Shown: positions 37,605 through 48,222, numbered from the stretch's first letter. The stretch is DNA of 64,000 nt from an uncultured Gammaproteobacteria bacterium (GCA_964641245.1 CAZXML010000003.1:17395-81394); one strand, 5' to 3'. Notes: generated by a model not told the origin, from the sequence alone. Made by a program: numbers and translations.

Positions 37605-39671
37605 ATGAGCAAGTTCATGCTGGTTTGTGTGGTCGTGGCAGTGGCGTCTTTTTCTTCAGCGAAGGATGCGGCCGCGCAGGACACGGCCCCAACCAAGCTG
37701 ATGGTGGCTCCGTTCCAAAATACGGGGTATGTGCGCGGGCAGGACTACATGCAGTTGCAGTTTGCGGCCACGGTGGCCGAACGTTTGGAAGACGTTTCCG
37801 GCTACGAGGTGGCCGACGGACCGCTAGTTCTGACTGCGGATTTGGCCGAACTGGCCACCATTCGCAACAACAAGGGCAAGATGTCGGATTTCAACTTGGC
37901 CGAAGCCAATCGGCTGGCCATGTCACTCGGCGCTTCTGTTTTCATCACCGGCCGTTACAACGGAACGGAGGAAAAGTGGTCGCTCACCGCCGAAGTCTAC
38001 TCGGCCCAAACAAACGGCCCGCGCCTAATTGGTAGCGCCACGGTGCATGGCAGTCTCATGACCAAAATCATGGTTCGCAAGCGAGCCAGATACATCGTGG
38101 ACATTCGCGCCATTCACAACCTGCTTTCGCAAGCGGTGGCCGGTGCCATGCGCGATGCCGGGTTGCCGAATTGTGACCTGGTTCAAACGACTCTGGAAAC
38201 TCCGTCCACCAACGATTCATGGGCGTTCATCCAACTGGGTCTGGCCTACATCCGCTACTTTAACCCGCCGGACGTAAAGCATCATCGCAGTACTTTTGAA
38301 CTCGCAAAGTATGCGGTACTGGTGGATCCAAAGTATGCGGAAGCGCAACGGTTCTACTCGGTCATGCTGGAAAAGCGCGCCGAAGAAAAACCGGCGGACC
38401 GTGGAAAAATTCTGGGACTCGTCCGTCTGCATTACGAAATGTCGCTGGCCCTCCGGCCAAACGACACGCGTACTCTGATTCCGCTGGCGAAAGTGGAATT
38501 GCAGTCAAAAAACGAAGTCATCGCCAAGGAGTACCTGGTACGCGCGGTGACAATTCATCCCAAGGACCCGGAACCGCACTTCTGGCTGGCCAAGGTTTAC
38601 CTGAAGCTGGAAAACTCGGATGCGGCCATTGCCGAATTTGAGATTGTGCGCACTCTGTCCCCCGCCCGTCTGGACGCGCGGAGAGAATTGGTCCGGCTTT
38701 ACAATGTACGGCTTCGGTACCTGGACTCGGCCACGGAGCTTCGTGTTATCGTTGCCGCCGAACCAAGCGATTTGCAGGCGGCCTTTGCTCTGCCGGCAGT
38801 TCTGCGCGCAGCCGATGAAATTCATTTGGCCGTGCAAGCCTACACAGACGCGGAACAACGGTTCCCCAAAGAAAAACGGTTCGCCAAATTCCGCGCCGAT
38901 GTGGAGCGGAGAGAAGGCGGATTGTTCGTCTGGGTAGATGCAATTAACGAAGGCAAATATACCGTTGAGAACATCAACGATATCCGCGATATTTTTCAAC
39001 TGGCCGCCAACGATGCCGCTATGGACTTTAGCCTGAACGGCAAAGAAGCCTGCGTCAACGGCCGCGGCGCGTCATCTATGTTGCTGGCGCAAGAAAATGA
39101 ACGGGTTCACTTGGAGGAACTGCAAGCCTTGCGCGCGTACGCGAATACTATCAGAACGGTCATTAAGCAAGGCAACGACACCGCGTTCACCACCAACGAA
39201 CGCGACGATGCCGTAACTTTGCTGACCGCTCTGAAAACATCCGAACGCGACAGCCGCGAAATGCAAATGCAGACCGCCAAGACCATTCAATCGCTGATGC
39301 GGAAAAAGAGCTGCAAAGAAATTGGCCCGGACGTTCGCATGGCGACGGTTAACGAACTGGAAAAACGGAACCTAAATTGGCAAGTGGTATTGCCGCCCGT
39401 AAAGTCAAAATCGTACGTACTGGAGATTCCCACATCTTCGGTCCGGCCGATTCACTTATTCGTGAACAATAAGACCGGACATTCCAAATGTTATTTGTTC
39501 CTGGACGGCAAACAGTTAGGCGTTATTGCCGCCGGCCAAACGAATAAGGACTTTACCGTCAGTATCGGCAATCACACCTACTGCCTGGAAGAAAAAGCGG
39601 AAGACTGTGACAAGCCAGGAACTATCCGCCAGATGTTCTTTTCCGAAGGAATTATTTTGGAGAGAAAGTAG
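37605..39671 (+). CDS. GC-rich secreted TPR-repeat protein
   Basis: Start MSKFMLVCVVVAVASFSSA (signal peptide). Central TPR-like helical repeats (KVYLKLENSDAAIAEFEIV...). GC about 57%. Confidence 0.55.
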   Translation: MSKFMLVCVVVAVASFSSAKDAAAQDTAPTKLMVAPFQNTGYVRGQDYMQLQFAATVAERLEDVSGYEVADGPLVLTADLAELATIRNNKGKMSDFNLAEANRLAMSLGASVFITGRYNGTEEKWSLTAEVYSAQTNGPRLIGSATVHGSLMTKIMVRKRARYIVDIRAIHNLLSQAVAGAMRDAGLPNCDLVQTTLETPSTNDSWAFIQLGLAYIRYFNPPDVKHHRSTFELAKYAVLVDPKYAEAQRFYSVMLEKRAEEKPADRGKILGLVRLHYEMSLALRPNDTRTLIPLAKVELQSKNEVIAKEYLVRAVTIHPKDPEPHFWLAKVYLKLENSDAAIAEFEIVRTLSPARLDARRELVRLYNVRLRYLDSATELRVIVAAEPSDLQAAFALPAVLRAADEIHLAVQAYTDAEQRFPKEKRFAKFRADVERREGGLFVWVDAINEGKYTVENINDIRDIFQLAANDAAMDFSLNGKEACVNGRGASSMLLAQENERVHLEELQALRAYANTIRTVIKQGNDTAFTTNERDDAVTLLTALKTSERDSREMQMQTAKTIQSLMRKKSCKEIGPDVRMATVNELEKRNLNWQVVLPPVKSKSYVLEIPTSSVRPIHLFVNNKTGHSKCYLFLDGKQLGVIAAGQTNKDFTVSIGNHTYCLEEKAEDCDKPGTIRQMFFSEGIILERK

Positions 39672-39725
39672 ATATTATAAATTAGACTACTCCCTTCCGA
39701 CGCATTTTGTCGGGGGGGAATTTTT

Positions 39726-40679
39726 TTATTTAGATATTTTTCGCTGTCTCGTTCTATTTTTTAGGTACCGCTCAACGGCTTCTTTTGAAGTTAACCAATC
39801 TCTGCCTTCTTTGTACGCTTCCAACTTTCCTTGCCTGGCAAGCAAGTTTAGATATTTTGCAGAAAATGGAGTTATTTTCGATATTTCAACCAGCGATACA
39901 AATTTTTCTTGTTTTGTAGTTGCCGGAGTTAAAGTTTTTAGATAAATATCAAGCGATCGCTCTATGGATTGAGCGATAAATTTTACTAGCGGTTCATATT
40001 TGCCTTTGTCCGCCTTATCCAGCACATCATAATATTTTTTTCGGTCGGTTTTCATAATGACCACTAATGGGTACCCGGCTTGCATCAAAAACAGATTCAT
40101 CGTCAAGCGCGCGGTTCGGCCATTGCCGTCAAAAAAAGGATGGATATGGACTAGTCTATGATGTAACAAAGCAGAAAGTTCAATAATATTCAACTTGTTT
40201 TTTTGTGAATTCAGCCAAATAATTAAATCCCTCATCAGATTAGGTATTTGTAATGCGTCCGAAGGAGTATGATCAGCGCCGCCAATAATTACATTGGCAT
40301 TTCTGTATCGGCCGGCCCACTCTTTGTCGGTCTCCTGCAAAATAATTTGGTGTAGATTTTTTATAAGCATTTCAGAAACAGTGTGCTTTTTGTCTTTATC
40401 TATCAAGTCATATAGATATTCCAGCGCGGCGTGGTGGTCTTTTGCCTCCAGATGATCTTTTAGGGGTTTTCCTTTCACCGTCAGACCCTCGTTTATGACC
40501 AAAAAAGTCTCCTTTAAAGTTAAAGAGTTGCCTTCAATAGCATTGGAGTTATATGTCATTTCGATTTGAAATTTTTCTCGAAGTTTTTGTACCGCAGATT
40601 TCGGTAACGGACGAAGTTTGTTAAGTTTGGCGAGTTTTTCTTCTAATCGAGCTTTTATGATTGGTGATAGGTAAGTCAT
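39726..40679 (-). CDS. Fic-family protein (AMPylase-type Fic/DOC domain with C-terminal wHTH)
   Basis: HPFFDGNGRTARL core motif. N-terminal SNAIEGN matches the (S/T)xxxE(G/N) intrinsic inhibitory motif. Confidence 0.85.
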   Translation of the reverse strand: MTYLSPIIKARLEEKLAKLNKLRPLPKSAVQKLREKFQIEMTYNSNAIEGNSLTLKETFLVINEGLTVKGKPLKDHLEAKDHHAALEYLYDLIDKDKKHTVSEMLIKNLHQIILQETDKEWAGRYRNANVIIGGADHTPSDALQIPNLMRDLIIWLNSQKNKLNIIELSALLHHRLVHIHPFFDGNGRTARLTMNLFLMQAGYPLVVIMKTDRKKYYDVLDKADKGKYEPLVKFIAQSIERSLDIYLKTLTPATTKQEKFVSLVEISKITPFSAKYLNLLARQGKLEAYKEGRDWLTSKEAVERYLKNRTRQRKISK

Positions 40680-40714
40680 ATAAAATGCTTAATATGGTTT
40701 AGTTAGATATTCAC

Positions 40715-40743
40715 AGTATACCATATTAAGGAATTGCGGTCAA
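40715..40743 (-). promoter_or_regulatory. Sigma70 promoter TTGACC-17-TATACT (extended TGG) for fic
   Basis: Minus strand reads ttgaccgcaattccttaatatggtatact. Confidence 0.6.
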
Positions 40744-40881
40744 GTTTTATATTGATGCCTATCATAACACAAAAGACTGACGTTAAGCAAACCAGTCTCC
40801 ATTGACTTTTTTCCCTTTTTGGAGTAAAACTAGACTAGCTAATACTCTTTGACAATTGAACGAAAAAAAGGAGAAACGTCA

Positions 40882-43473
40882 ATGTGGAACAAGGTTCGGG
40901 CAGTAGTTTGGTTTTTTGTTATTGTAGCAATTACCTGCTGGATTTGGGACTGTTTTCAAACCACAATTTCACCTGGATTGGTGTGGATTACCCTGCCGAC
41001 GATAGAATTCGCCCGGTGGTCTTTCACCCTAAAGATCCCACCCCTGCCCTTCTACCCAGCCGCCATTTTCTTTTTGTCGGCAATCAGAGCCCGCCCGCCC
41101 TACTTCCGGGAAAACCCGAACATGATTCGGTTCTACCGGTTGCGAAATCTGTCATACGCGATATCAGTCGTGGTTACAACTCTCTTTGTGGTATCTCTCC
41201 AAAATAACATAATCGCCGACTACCATCAGGAACTCGCGGATGTGTTGGCGTTCAAACCGCCAATTTCCACCCGGGTCTATGACAGTACCGGATGGGAAGA
41301 AATCTGCCGGTTCAGTATGGAAGACCGCGACTACATTTCCATTGACGAAATTCCCCAAATTGTACGCTATGCGGTGGTGGCGGCCGAAGATCAGCGCTTT
41401 TACGAACACGACGGCGTTGATCCAATTGCCGTCATCCGGGCGGCGCGCAAAAATTACGAAAATGACCAAATCAAGCAGGGTGGTTCTACTATCACCCAGC
41501 AGGTCATCAAACTAAAGGTAATTAAGTCTAATGAGCAAACCAAGGCGCGCAAGATTCGGGAAGTGTTTCTGGCTACCAAGCTGGAACAAATGGCTTCCAA
41601 GGACAAAATCCTGGAAATCTACCTGAATCACGTTTATCTGGGACGCGCCTACGGCATCAAAGCCGCGGCCATGGCCTATTACGGCAAGAACGTAAAAGAC
41701 ATGACCATCGGCGAAGCCGCCTTTTTGGCCGGCATGCCCAAAGCGCCATCCAACTTTTCTCCTTCTATGAACTTTGCCCGCGGCAAAGAACGGCAAGCCT
41801 ATGTGCTGGGCCGGATGCGCGAGCAGGGTTTCATTACTGAAGAAGAGATGCGGACGGCGCTCCATGAAGCGACAGTTGTAATTAACAATCAGCGTCCGCT
41901 GAACCGAACCTCCGCCCCCTACTTCTGCGAGCACCTGCGTCAACAATTAGAGCGGGAATATGGTCAGGACCTGATATACAAAAAGGGACTGGTTGTTTTC
42001 ACCACTCTAAATATGAAGATGCAACGCGCCGCCGAAGCCGCGGTCCAAAACGGACTAGTGGATTTGGAACGCCGGCTTGGCTTCAACGGTCCGGAAGGAC
42101 ACGATGAAGCTTTTACCGGTGTCTGTGATTCTATTGGCGAAGATGTTGCTGACGGCAGTTTTGAGAACGCGCAAGTGGTCTCAAACACCGGCGACAAAAT
42201 CATGGTCTGCGCGCGCGGAAACGTTTTCCCGATGTATCAGGAAGATGTAAAGCATATTCAGACATGGGAAAAAAATACCGACAGCCAATTGGTTGCCGGC
42301 GACAACATGACGGTACGAATTATTACTGTTGCAGAGAAAGTGCTGAAGAAGAAAAAGGAAACTCACGAAGTCCGCTACGCCATTTCGGCGCGCCGGACCG
42401 GCGGGGCCAATAACGCGGAAGCTCTGCAGGCGGCCATGGTGGTGGTTGATCCAAAAAACGGCGCCCTACTGGCGCTGATTGGCGGATACGACTACAACGA
42501 AAACCAATTCAACATGGCCATTCAGGCAAAACGCCAGCCCGGATCGTCGGTCAAGATATATTTCTACCTGGCCGCGCTGATGCACGGTAAAACGGTAACC
42601 GATATCGTAAACGATCACGCTGTTTGTTACCCGTCCGCATCCGGAATTTGGTGTCCGACAAACTACGTCGGCCCAAACACTAAGAATCAATATATGGGAG
42701 CGGTCGACCTTCGCACCGCCCTGGCCAAATCGCTCAACTCCATCTCGGTGCAATTGCTTCACGAGGTTGGAGTGGATGAAGGCATCCGGACAATGCGCAA
42801 GCTGGGAATTACCTCGCCCATTGAACGGGTTCTGCCCATTGCGGTTGGCGCTATCGACATTACACCATGGGAGCACACTTACGGATACGCAACGGTAGCG
42901 GCACAAGGCCGTAAAATGCCACACCAGTGTTATCATCCGGGCCAAAAAGTCTGCGATGCCAATTCCGGTGTGTTTATTCTGAAAGTATTGAACGCGGCTA
43001 ACGGAGAAGTAATTTACGAATACGTTCCGCCAAAACCGGAACAAGCCGTCCCCGCCGCCGACGCCTACACCATGACTTATCTGATGGAAGGCGTGGTGCA
43101 ATTCGGCACCGGACGCAAGGCGCAGGAACTGCAAAGACCGGTGGCCGGAAAAACCGGCACCACCAATGAATTCAAGGACACTTGGTTCATGGGTTTCACC
43201 ACCGACGTGGTGGTGGGAGTCTGGGTTGGACGACAGCGTCCGATTACGATTGCCAAAGAGGCAACCGGCGGTACCGTGGCTCTGCCCATCTGGCTGGCCT
43301 TCATGAAAGAGGCTCATCCGGACACGCCGGCCCGCGAGTTCCCGGTTCCCAACGACATCATATTTGTAGCCGACCCGGACGGCAAGCTCATTCCCTACCG
43401 GCGCGGAACAGTTCCCGCCAAAAACCTAAGCAGTACAACTACTCCGATAGTTATTGAATCAAACGAATTCTAA
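40882..43473 (+). CDS. Class A penicillin-binding protein (PBP1A-type: GT51 transglycosylase + transpeptidase), GC-rich
   Basis: Start MWNKVRAVVW, 8 nt after AGGAG. EDQRFYEHDGVD (GT51). SSVK, SLN and KTGTT transpeptidase motifs. Confidence 0.85.
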   Translation: MWNKVRAVVWFFVIVAITCWIWDCFQTTISPGLVWITLPTIEFARWSFTLKIPPLPFYPAAIFFLSAIRARPPYFRENPNMIRFYRLRNLSYAISVVVTTLFVVSLQNNIIADYHQELADVLAFKPPISTRVYDSTGWEEICRFSMEDRDYISIDEIPQIVRYAVVAAEDQRFYEHDGVDPIAVIRAARKNYENDQIKQGGSTITQQVIKLKVIKSNEQTKARKIREVFLATKLEQMASKDKILEIYLNHVYLGRAYGIKAAAMAYYGKNVKDMTIGEAAFLAGMPKAPSNFSPSMNFARGKERQAYVLGRMREQGFITEEEMRTALHEATVVINNQRPLNRTSAPYFCEHLRQQLEREYGQDLIYKKGLVVFTTLNMKMQRAAEAAVQNGLVDLERRLGFNGPEGHDEAFTGVCDSIGEDVADGSFENAQVVSNTGDKIMVCARGNVFPMYQEDVKHIQTWEKNTDSQLVAGDNMTVRIITVAEKVLKKKKETHEVRYAISARRTGGANNAEALQAAMVVVDPKNGALLALIGGYDYNENQFNMAIQAKRQPGSSVKIYFYLAALMHGKTVTDIVNDHAVCYPSASGIWCPTNYVGPNTKNQYMGAVDLRTALAKSLNSISVQLLHEVGVDEGIRTMRKLGITSPIERVLPIAVGAIDITPWEHTYGYATVAAQGRKMPHQCYHPGQKVCDANSGVFILKVLNAANGEVIYEYVPPKPEQAVPAADAYTMTYLMEGVVQFGTGRKAQELQRPVAGKTGTTNEFKDTWFMGFTTDVVVGVWVGRQRPITIAKEATGGTVALPIWLAFMKEAHPDTPAREFPVPNDIIFVADPDGKLIPYRRGTVPAKNLSSTTTPIVIESNEF

Positions 43474-43476
43474 CCT

Positions 43477-43517
43477 TCCCCTCCGTTAGCGCAGTGCTGG
43501 CGGAGGGGTTTTTTTTA
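43477..43517 (+). terminator. Rho-independent terminator
   Basis: cccctccg...cggagggg stem followed by T8. Confidence 0.75.
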
Positions 43518-43625
43518 TACTTCGTCGTTCCTCCCCCTTTTAGGGGGAGGGCAGGGTGGGGGTATTTGTTCGTGGTACAACCGCCGATATACCCCTCTCT
43601 CTATCTCTCCCCTAAAAGGGGAGAG
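43515..43625. repeat. Two family E palindromic elements (ccccctttta ggggg / cccctctctctatctctcccctaaaaggggagag)
   Basis: Seen directly. Same family as 30687 and 45792. Confidence 0.8.
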
Positions 43626-43652
43626 AACCCCACCGAGTCCAGTCGGCTCTTA

Positions 43653-43681
43653 TTGACAACCAAAACAAATAATGCTACACT
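43653..43681 (+). promoter_or_regulatory. Sigma70 promoter TTGACA-17-TACACT for rpmE
   Basis: ttgacaaccaaaacaaataatgctacact. Confidence 0.55.
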
Positions 43682-43794
43682 TTAGGCACTAATTACGCTT
43701 TACCTCATTCTTTTATAATTGTAACGAAGAGAGAGAAAAGGTCGCTCGTGACCTTTTCCGAACGAGTTGCAATTATATGAAATCTTAATTTCAT

Positions 43795-44100
43795 ATGCAG
43801 AAAAAAATACATCCGGAATACAACAATGACACAGAGGTTTCATGCGCTTGCGGCAATAAATTTATTACCGGCAGTACCATGAAGACCATCCGCGTGGAAC
43901 TTTGCAACAAGTGCCATCCTTTTTATACCGGCAAACAAAAATTTGTAGACACTGCCCGCCGTGTAGAAAAATTCCAAGAACGCACCGACAAGAAAACTGC
44001 CGCTTCCGCTGTCCGCAAAGGCAAGAAAGTAAAGAAAGCAGCCACAGCTGTAAAGAAGACCGCCAAGAAAGCGGAGAAAAAAGAAAAATCCAAAGCTTAG
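43795..44100 (+). CDS. rpmE: 50S ribosomal protein L31 with K-rich C-terminal extension
   Basis: [19 protein letters not shown]...[12 protein letters not shown]. Confidence 0.9.
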   Translation: MQKKIHPEYNNDTEVSCACGNKFITGSTMKTIRVELCNKCHPFYTGKQKFVDTARRVEKFQERTDKKTAASAVRKGKKVKKAATAVKKTAKKAEKKEKSKA

Positions 44101-44116
44101 CTTTATCAAATTTAAA

Positions 44117-44156
44117 AAACAGACTACAATATCTTCGGGTTGAGTCTGTTTTTTAG
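44117..44156 (+). terminator. Rho-independent terminator
   Basis: aacagactacaatatcttcgggttgagtctgtt + T6. Confidence 0.75.
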
Positions 44157-44228
44157 TAAATAGCAATAAACAATGAACAAAAAGCAACCGACCGTTTAAT
44201 TTGTTAATTGTTAATTGCTAATTGTTAG

Positions 44229-45323
44229 TTGCTAATTAATCCTATGAACAACAAATATAAAGATCTACAATCCAAATTCGCCAAGCTGGAAGCCGATTTG
44301 CAAAATCCGGTTGTGCTTGGTGATTCCAGAAAAGTAAAAGAAGTTGCCCAGGAATATAATGAATTAAAACCGGCCATGGAAAAAATAAAAGAACTGGCCG
44401 GAGTGGAAAACAGCATCGCGGAAACGGAACTGATTATAAAAGGCAATGATGAAGAAATGAAAGAAATGGCCACTGCAGAAATTGATGATTTAGAAATTAA
44501 GAAATTAAATTTAGAAAAAGAGCTGGACGAAATGACCCGTCCGCAGGATCCGTTTGATAAAAAAAATGTGATTGTGGAAATACGCGCCGGCGTGGGTGGA
44601 GATGAGTCCGCTCTTTTTGCCGCGGATTTGTACCGCATGTACAGCCGTTATGCCGAAAATAAAGGCTGGAAAGTAAACACGCTGGATTCAAACAAAATCG
44701 GCATCGGCGGTTTCAAAGAAATTATATTTTCCATAAAAGGCAAGAACGTCTACAAAGATTTAAAATATGAAATGGGCGTGCACCGCGTGCAAAGAGTTCC
44801 GGACACGGAAAAAGCCGGACGCATTCATACCTCCACCGCCACGGTAGCTGTGATGCCGGAAATAGAAGAAACCGAATTTAAAATTGATCCAAAAGATTTG
44901 CGCATAGACACTATGACAGCCGGCGGACACGGCGGTCAAAGCGTGAACACCACTTACTCTGCCGTGCGCCTTGTGTATATTCCAACCGGCATGATCGTGC
45001 AGTGCCAAGACGAACGTTCACAAACCGCCAACCGCGAAAAAGCCATGGCCGTAATGCGCTCCCGCTTGTTTGCCATAGAACAGGAAAGAAAAATGAAAGA
45101 ACTGACCGAAAAAAGGCGCGCCCAAATTGGCAGCGGCGACAGAAGCGAAAAAATCCGCACCTACAATTTCCCTCAAGATCGCATTACCGACCACCGCATT
45201 CACCAAAGCTGGAACAGCATCCCCCGAATTTTAGACGGCGAACTAGAACCGATTATTTTGGCCGTGCGCGCGGCGGATTACGCGGGGTTGGATTATTCCG
45301 GCACGGATGAAGACGAAGAATAA
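44229..45323 (+). CDS. prfA: Peptide chain release factor 1
   Basis: GGQ motif ([18 protein letters not shown]). Followed by prmC. The true start may be MNNKYKDLQ at 44247. Confidence 0.85.
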   Translation: MLINPMNNKYKDLQSKFAKLEADLQNPVVLGDSRKVKEVAQEYNELKPAMEKIKELAGVENSIAETELIIKGNDEEMKEMATAEIDDLEIKKLNLEKELDEMTRPQDPFDKKNVIVEIRAGVGGDESALFAADLYRMYSRYAENKGWKVNTLDSNKIGIGGFKEIIFSIKGKNVYKDLKYEMGVHRVQRVPDTEKAGRIHTSTATVAVMPEIEETEFKIDPKDLRIDTMTAGGHGGQSVNTTYSAVRLVYIPTGMIVQCQDERSQTANREKAMAVMRSRLFAIEQERKMKELTEKRRAQIGSGDRSEKIRTYNFPQDRITDHRIHQSWNSIPRILDGELEPIILAVRAADYAGLDYSGTDEDEE

Positions 45324-46182
45324 TATGTTGGATTTTGATTTGCTAAAGGCGCATGCCATAAAAAAACCAAAAGAATTTTTATACTCTCATCCCGAATATC
45401 GTTTATCAGTTTGGCAAAAACTGCGTTTAAAATATTTTCTCTCCCTGCGCAAAAAGGGCTATTCCGTAGCCGTCATTACCAAGCATAAAGAATTTTACGG
45501 CTTGGATTTTTTTGTGAATAAACACGTTTTAATCCCCCGCCCCGACACCGAGTTGATGGTGGCAGAAGCGATCGAAGAAATTAAAAAAAATGATAAGATA
45601 ATTTTAGTTGATGTTGGTACCGGAAGCGGGTGCATACCAATTTCTATTTTAAAAAATATACCAAACCAAATACAAACATTTGCGACCGATATTTCGAACG
45701 CGGCTTTGCGAGTAGCGAAAAAAAATGCCCGAATACATAATGTGAACATTAAATTTTTCCACGGTAACTTGCTTGAACCAATTTTCAAAAACCCCTCTCT
45801 CTGTCTCTCCCCTTATAGGGGAGAGAGGAACGAACTCCTCTCTGTAGTTCCCTCCCCTATAAGGGGAGGGGCGAAGGGTGGGGTTTTCATCACCGCCAAC
45901 CTCCCCTACCTTACCAAACAACAATTTCAATCCGAACCGAGCATTCAAAAAGAACCAAAAATCGCACTCACGGCAAAAAATAACGGCTTGGCTTTATACG
46001 AAGAATTATTTAATCAAATAAAAAATGCCGGTCTGACAGCAACTATACTTACAGAAATCGACCCTTCTCAAACCGATGCAATCTCCCAACTTATAAACCA
46101 ATATCTTCCCGGCTCAAAAATTGAAATAAAAAAAGACCTCGCCGGGCGAGATCGTTTAGTAAAAATTGTCATGTCATCCTGA
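45307..46182 (+). CDS. prmC: Release factor glutamine methyltransferase PrmC/HemK with in-frame repeat insertion
   Basis: VLIPRPDTE and VGTGSGCI motifs. The NPPY box reads NLPY. A 30-aa insertion ([30 protein letters not shown]) is encoded by a family E palindrome. The stop codon is supplied by a family A repeat. Confidence 0.8.
   Translation: MKTKNNMLDFDLLKAHAIKKPKEFLYSHPEYRLSVWQKLRLKYFLSLRKKGYSVAVITKHKEFYGLDFFVNKHVLIPRPDTELMVAEAIEEIKKNDKIILVDVGTGSGCIPISILKNIPNQIQTFATDISNAALRVAKKNARIHNVNIKFFHGNLLEPIFKNPSLCLSPYRGERNELLSVVPSPIRGGAKGGVFITANLPYLTKQQFQSEPSIQKEPKIALTAKNNGLALYEELFNQIKNAGLTATILTEIDPSQTDAISQLINQYLPGSKIEIKKDLAGRDRLVKIVMSS
45792..45886. repeat. Family E palindromic element pair inside prmC (in-frame)
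   Basis: cccctctctctgtctctccccttataggggagagg ... ttccctcccctataaggggaggggcgaagggtgggg. Confidence 0.8.
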
Positions 46183-46237
46183 ACTTGTTTCAGGATCTGT
46201 CACCAACCAAAGATGCTGAAATAAATTCAGCATGACA
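46173..46237. repeat. Family A palindromic element
   Basis: tgtcatcctgaacttgtttcaggatc ... gatgctgaaataaattcagcatgaca. Confidence 0.85.
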
Positions 46238-46243
46238 ATTGAT

Positions 46244-47323
46244 TTAATTCGTCACCAAAACATTAACATTGGCCGGCACCACTTCCACCCACGTATTGCC
46301 GGGAATTAAAACTACTTCTCTCCCTATGGGAGATCCCCCGGAGGGGGATTTTTCATAAGTGTAAAATCTGGTGCGGGCGGTAAGTGAACTTTTCTTCCAG
46401 GTTCCATAAATAACCGCGCCTTTCTTTAAAATTATCGCCTCACCGCTACCAACAGTGGTAACATCCACTCGCCCCTTATCGTCGCCATTTATTTCTCTTA
46501 CGCCGGTAATTTGCACTAAAATATTCCGCGCCCGAACCTCGGACCCGTCTTTGTCTGTTTCTTTAATACCATTTCTGGCGCGGCTGTAATTTAAATTTTT
46601 GGCGTCATACGTCCAAACGACTTCGTAACTTTCGCTAAAAGGAATTTTTAACCCGCCTTTTTTACCAATTGTCTGCCCCACCAAACGGGAATACTTCCAG
46701 GCTTTGTCCGCGGTAAACAAAGAACTTTTGTTGCCGTATTTATTAATAATTTCTAACCAATTACCATTTCCGGTATAAAGATTGTGCGGCGCCGGCCGTT
46801 CTTGGCTTCTATTGTAATACTGTCCCCAAAAAAATTCGTTGGCATCAAAAATATTTCTTACTTTAATTAAATTTAAAGCTTCCGGCGAACCGCCCGAGTG
46901 CATATATAATCCCCGGCCGTATTCCTGCATCCAGTCCAAAAAGTAAGCACGGGCGCTGCGCACCGGGCCGACTTCCGCCACCGCTTGCTTACTGTCAAAA
47001 ATAGCCAGGTAGCGGGTAAGGCCGCCTTCTACCGGCGCTTCGTAAACTATTTTGGCTTTGGAAACTCCGGATTCCAGACGAGCGTCTGGATGATTGTCTA
47101 CCATTACTCCCACCACCTGCAAAACTGAATCTACTTTTTTATTCACCGCTTTTCCGTCTAACGGATTTACATATTTAACGGCGGTGATTGTAAAATCGTT
47201 ATTGCTTATAGCCTGCAATGATTCTTTGGAAGGATATAAATAAAAAAACACCACCCCAATTCCGATTACGGAAATTAGAATTAAAACAATGATTGGCGGA
47301 ATTGGCCAGGGCTTACGCTTCAT
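46244..47323 (-). CDS. DUF3048-like (YerB-type) lipoprotein/secreted protein
   Basis: 359 aa. N-terminal TM. APVEGGLTRYLAIF motif. Confidence 0.45.
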   Translation of the reverse strand: MKRKPWPIPPIIVLILISVIGIGVVFFYLYPSKESLQAISNNDFTITAVKYVNPLDGKAVNKKVDSVLQVVGVMVDNHPDARLESGVSKAKIVYEAPVEGGLTRYLAIFDSKQAVAEVGPVRSARAYFLDWMQEYGRGLYMHSGGSPEALNLIKVRNIFDANEFFWGQYYNRSQERPAPHNLYTGNGNWLEIINKYGNKSSLFTADKAWKYSRLVGQTIGKKGGLKIPFSESYEVVWTYDAKNLNYSRARNGIKETDKDGSEVRARNILVQITGVREINGDDKGRVDVTTVGSGEAIILKKGAVIYGTWKKSSLTARTRFYTYEKSPSGGSPIGREVVLIPGNTWVEVVPANVNVLVTN

Positions 47324-47334
47324 AATTATAAAGC

Positions 47335-47419
47335 TGTCATCCTGAACTTGTTTCAGGATCTTCGTTATTGTTCCGTAGATGCTGAAACAAGTAGATCCTG
47401 AAACAAGTTCAGGATGACA
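47335..47419. repeat. Family A palindromic element (three-hairpin variant)
   Basis: tgtcatcctgaacttgtttcaggatc..gatgctgaaacaagtagatcctgaaacaagttcaggatgaca. Confidence 0.85.
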
Positions 47420-47423
47420 TTAA

Positions 47424-47466
47424 GAAAACAGACTATACAATTTATAGTATAGCCTGTTTTTAAAAT
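47424..47466. terminator. Bidirectional terminator after rplY
   Basis: aacagactatacaatttatagtatagcctgtt with T-runs on both strands. Confidence 0.6.
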
Positions 47467-47477
47467 TTATTAAAGGT

Positions 47478-48197
47478 TTATTTCTTTTCCTCTTTCTTTT
47501 CTTCCTTCTTAGCTCCGGCTTCCGGTTTAGCGGCGCCTTCAGCGGCAGCTCCTTCTGCGCCCTCTTCTTCTTTCTTCTTGCCGGCAGATTCAATCTTGCT
47601 TAAGTCAACCGGTTTGGAAGCTGTTTCCATGGCCTTAATTTCATCTTCGGTTAAGGCGGCGGTGGCTTTGGCGATTAAATCTTCAGCATGAGGACTGGTG
47701 ATGGTGATTCCGGCCGGTACAACCAAATCTTTAATTTTGATAACATCGTCGAATGTTTTTAAAGCGGTCAAATCAACATCGATGTGGGAAACCAAATCTT
47801 TCGGCAAACATTTTACTTCCACATTTTCCACACTGCGCATTAAAGTTCCGCCTTGAGCTTTAATAACCGATGATTCGCCCACAAAGCGTAACTCTACCGT
47901 AGCAGTCATAACTTTGTTCATGTCGATACGGCGCAAGTCAACGTGCACAATGCGGTCGGAAACCGGATCGTACTGAATATCCTGAATCAAAACTTTTCCG
48001 TCGGCTTTGTCGCCCAAAAGCAAATCAATCAAACTGGCCTCGCCGGCTTCGGCGTAAAGTTTTACAAACTCATCATGATTTAAAGCAACGGAAGTGGCCG
48101 GCGCGCCCATACCGTAAACTACGGCCGGGATAAGGGTCTTGGTGCGCATTTTTTGTCCTTGTTCTGTTCTGGCGGTGGCGGATATTTTGAGGGACAT
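47478..48197 (-). CDS. rplY: 50S ribosomal protein L25 / general stress protein Ctc with acidic/K-rich C-terminal tail
   Basis: MSLKISATARTEQGQKMRTKTLIPAVVYG. Confidence 0.85.
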   Translation of the reverse strand: MSLKISATARTEQGQKMRTKTLIPAVVYGMGAPATSVALNHDEFVKLYAEAGEASLIDLLLGDKADGKVLIQDIQYDPVSDRIVHVDLRRIDMNKVMTATVELRFVGESSVIKAQGGTLMRSVENVEVKCLPKDLVSHIDVDLTALKTFDDVIKIKDLVVPAGITITSPHAEDLIAKATAALTEDEIKAMETASKPVDLSKIESAGKKKEEEGAEGAAAEGAAKPEAGAKKEEKKEEKK

Positions 48198-48222
48198 ATG
48201 ATAATATTATTTTGTCATGCTG

